From: a virus
Lineage: Duplodnaviria > Caudoviricetes
Strand: one strand, 5' to 3'
DNA: 26,213 nucleotides
IMG/VR virus record: IMGVR_UViG_3300022670_000572
Location: 1-26,213 of that record
Made by a program: the position numbers and the translations under genes. Below are positions 26,087 through 26,213 of this stretch, piece by piece (within the stretch, counting starts at the first letter, position 1; every line of letters starts with the position of its first letter). Below the pieces are notes generated by a model. It did not search any database, was not told where the DNA came from, and saw only the letters and a list, made by a program, of their open reading frames with translations.

Positions 26087-26213
26087 TATTATGGGTTAAA
26101 TCATACTTGAACTTACTGCAATCGTTTACTGGCAGTGGAGAACGCACGCTAATTAAAAAAACATAACACTGATCACCGCTAGGAACGACAGTCAATATTT
26201 TATCAATAAATAC
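26079..26213 (-). CDS. 3' end of a hypothetical gene (truncated by the window edge)
   Basis: Frame open from the window end (VFIDKILTVVPSGDQCYVFL...HNNG*); stop overlaps the next start. Confidence 0.5.
   Translation of the reverse strand, partial: VFIDKILTVVPSGDQCYVFLISVRSPLPVNDCSKFKYDLTHNNG

Larger units (their letters stand above)
1..26213. mobile_element. Fragment of a myovirus-type (Mu-like contractile tail) phage or prophage genome
   Basis: Head-neck-sheath-tube-chaperone-tape measure-baseplate-fibre gene order, plus phage-type helicase, VRR-NUC and methyltransferase genes; no housekeeping genes. Confidence 0.96.

Overview
This window is part of a tailed dsDNA phage or prophage with a contractile, Mu-like tail; no host genes or integrase are visible. 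The + strand (62-19572) carries the virion module: scaffold-like protein, head decoration protein, lambda-E-type major capsid, head-tail proteins, sheath, tube, tail chaperone with a predicted -1 frameshift, tape measure, Mu-N-like DNA circularisation protein, LysM protein, Mu gp44/45/46/47/48-like baseplate genes, tail fibre, a fibre-associated protein and a holin-like protein. Accessory inserts interrupt most junctions of the baseplate module, including a - strand cassette at 10.2-11.5 kb with its own promoter, structured leader and terminator. The right third is mainly - strand early or accessory genes: lipoprotein, Zn-finger protein, SF2 helicase, cytosine methyltransferase-like and PagP-like proteins, plus a + strand VRR-NUC nuclease. 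The most unusual signal is a circularly permuted tRNA-like RNA at about 19571-19663 (- strand), where the two gene blocks converge; its topology resembles YrlA/Y RNA. Also notable are a duplicated promoter-leader-UACG-hairpin cassette, one copy of which encodes only a Met-Leu-Arg minigene, and several unannotated small ORFs and structured spacers. All protein assignments come from motif recognition and synteny by eye, not from database searches.
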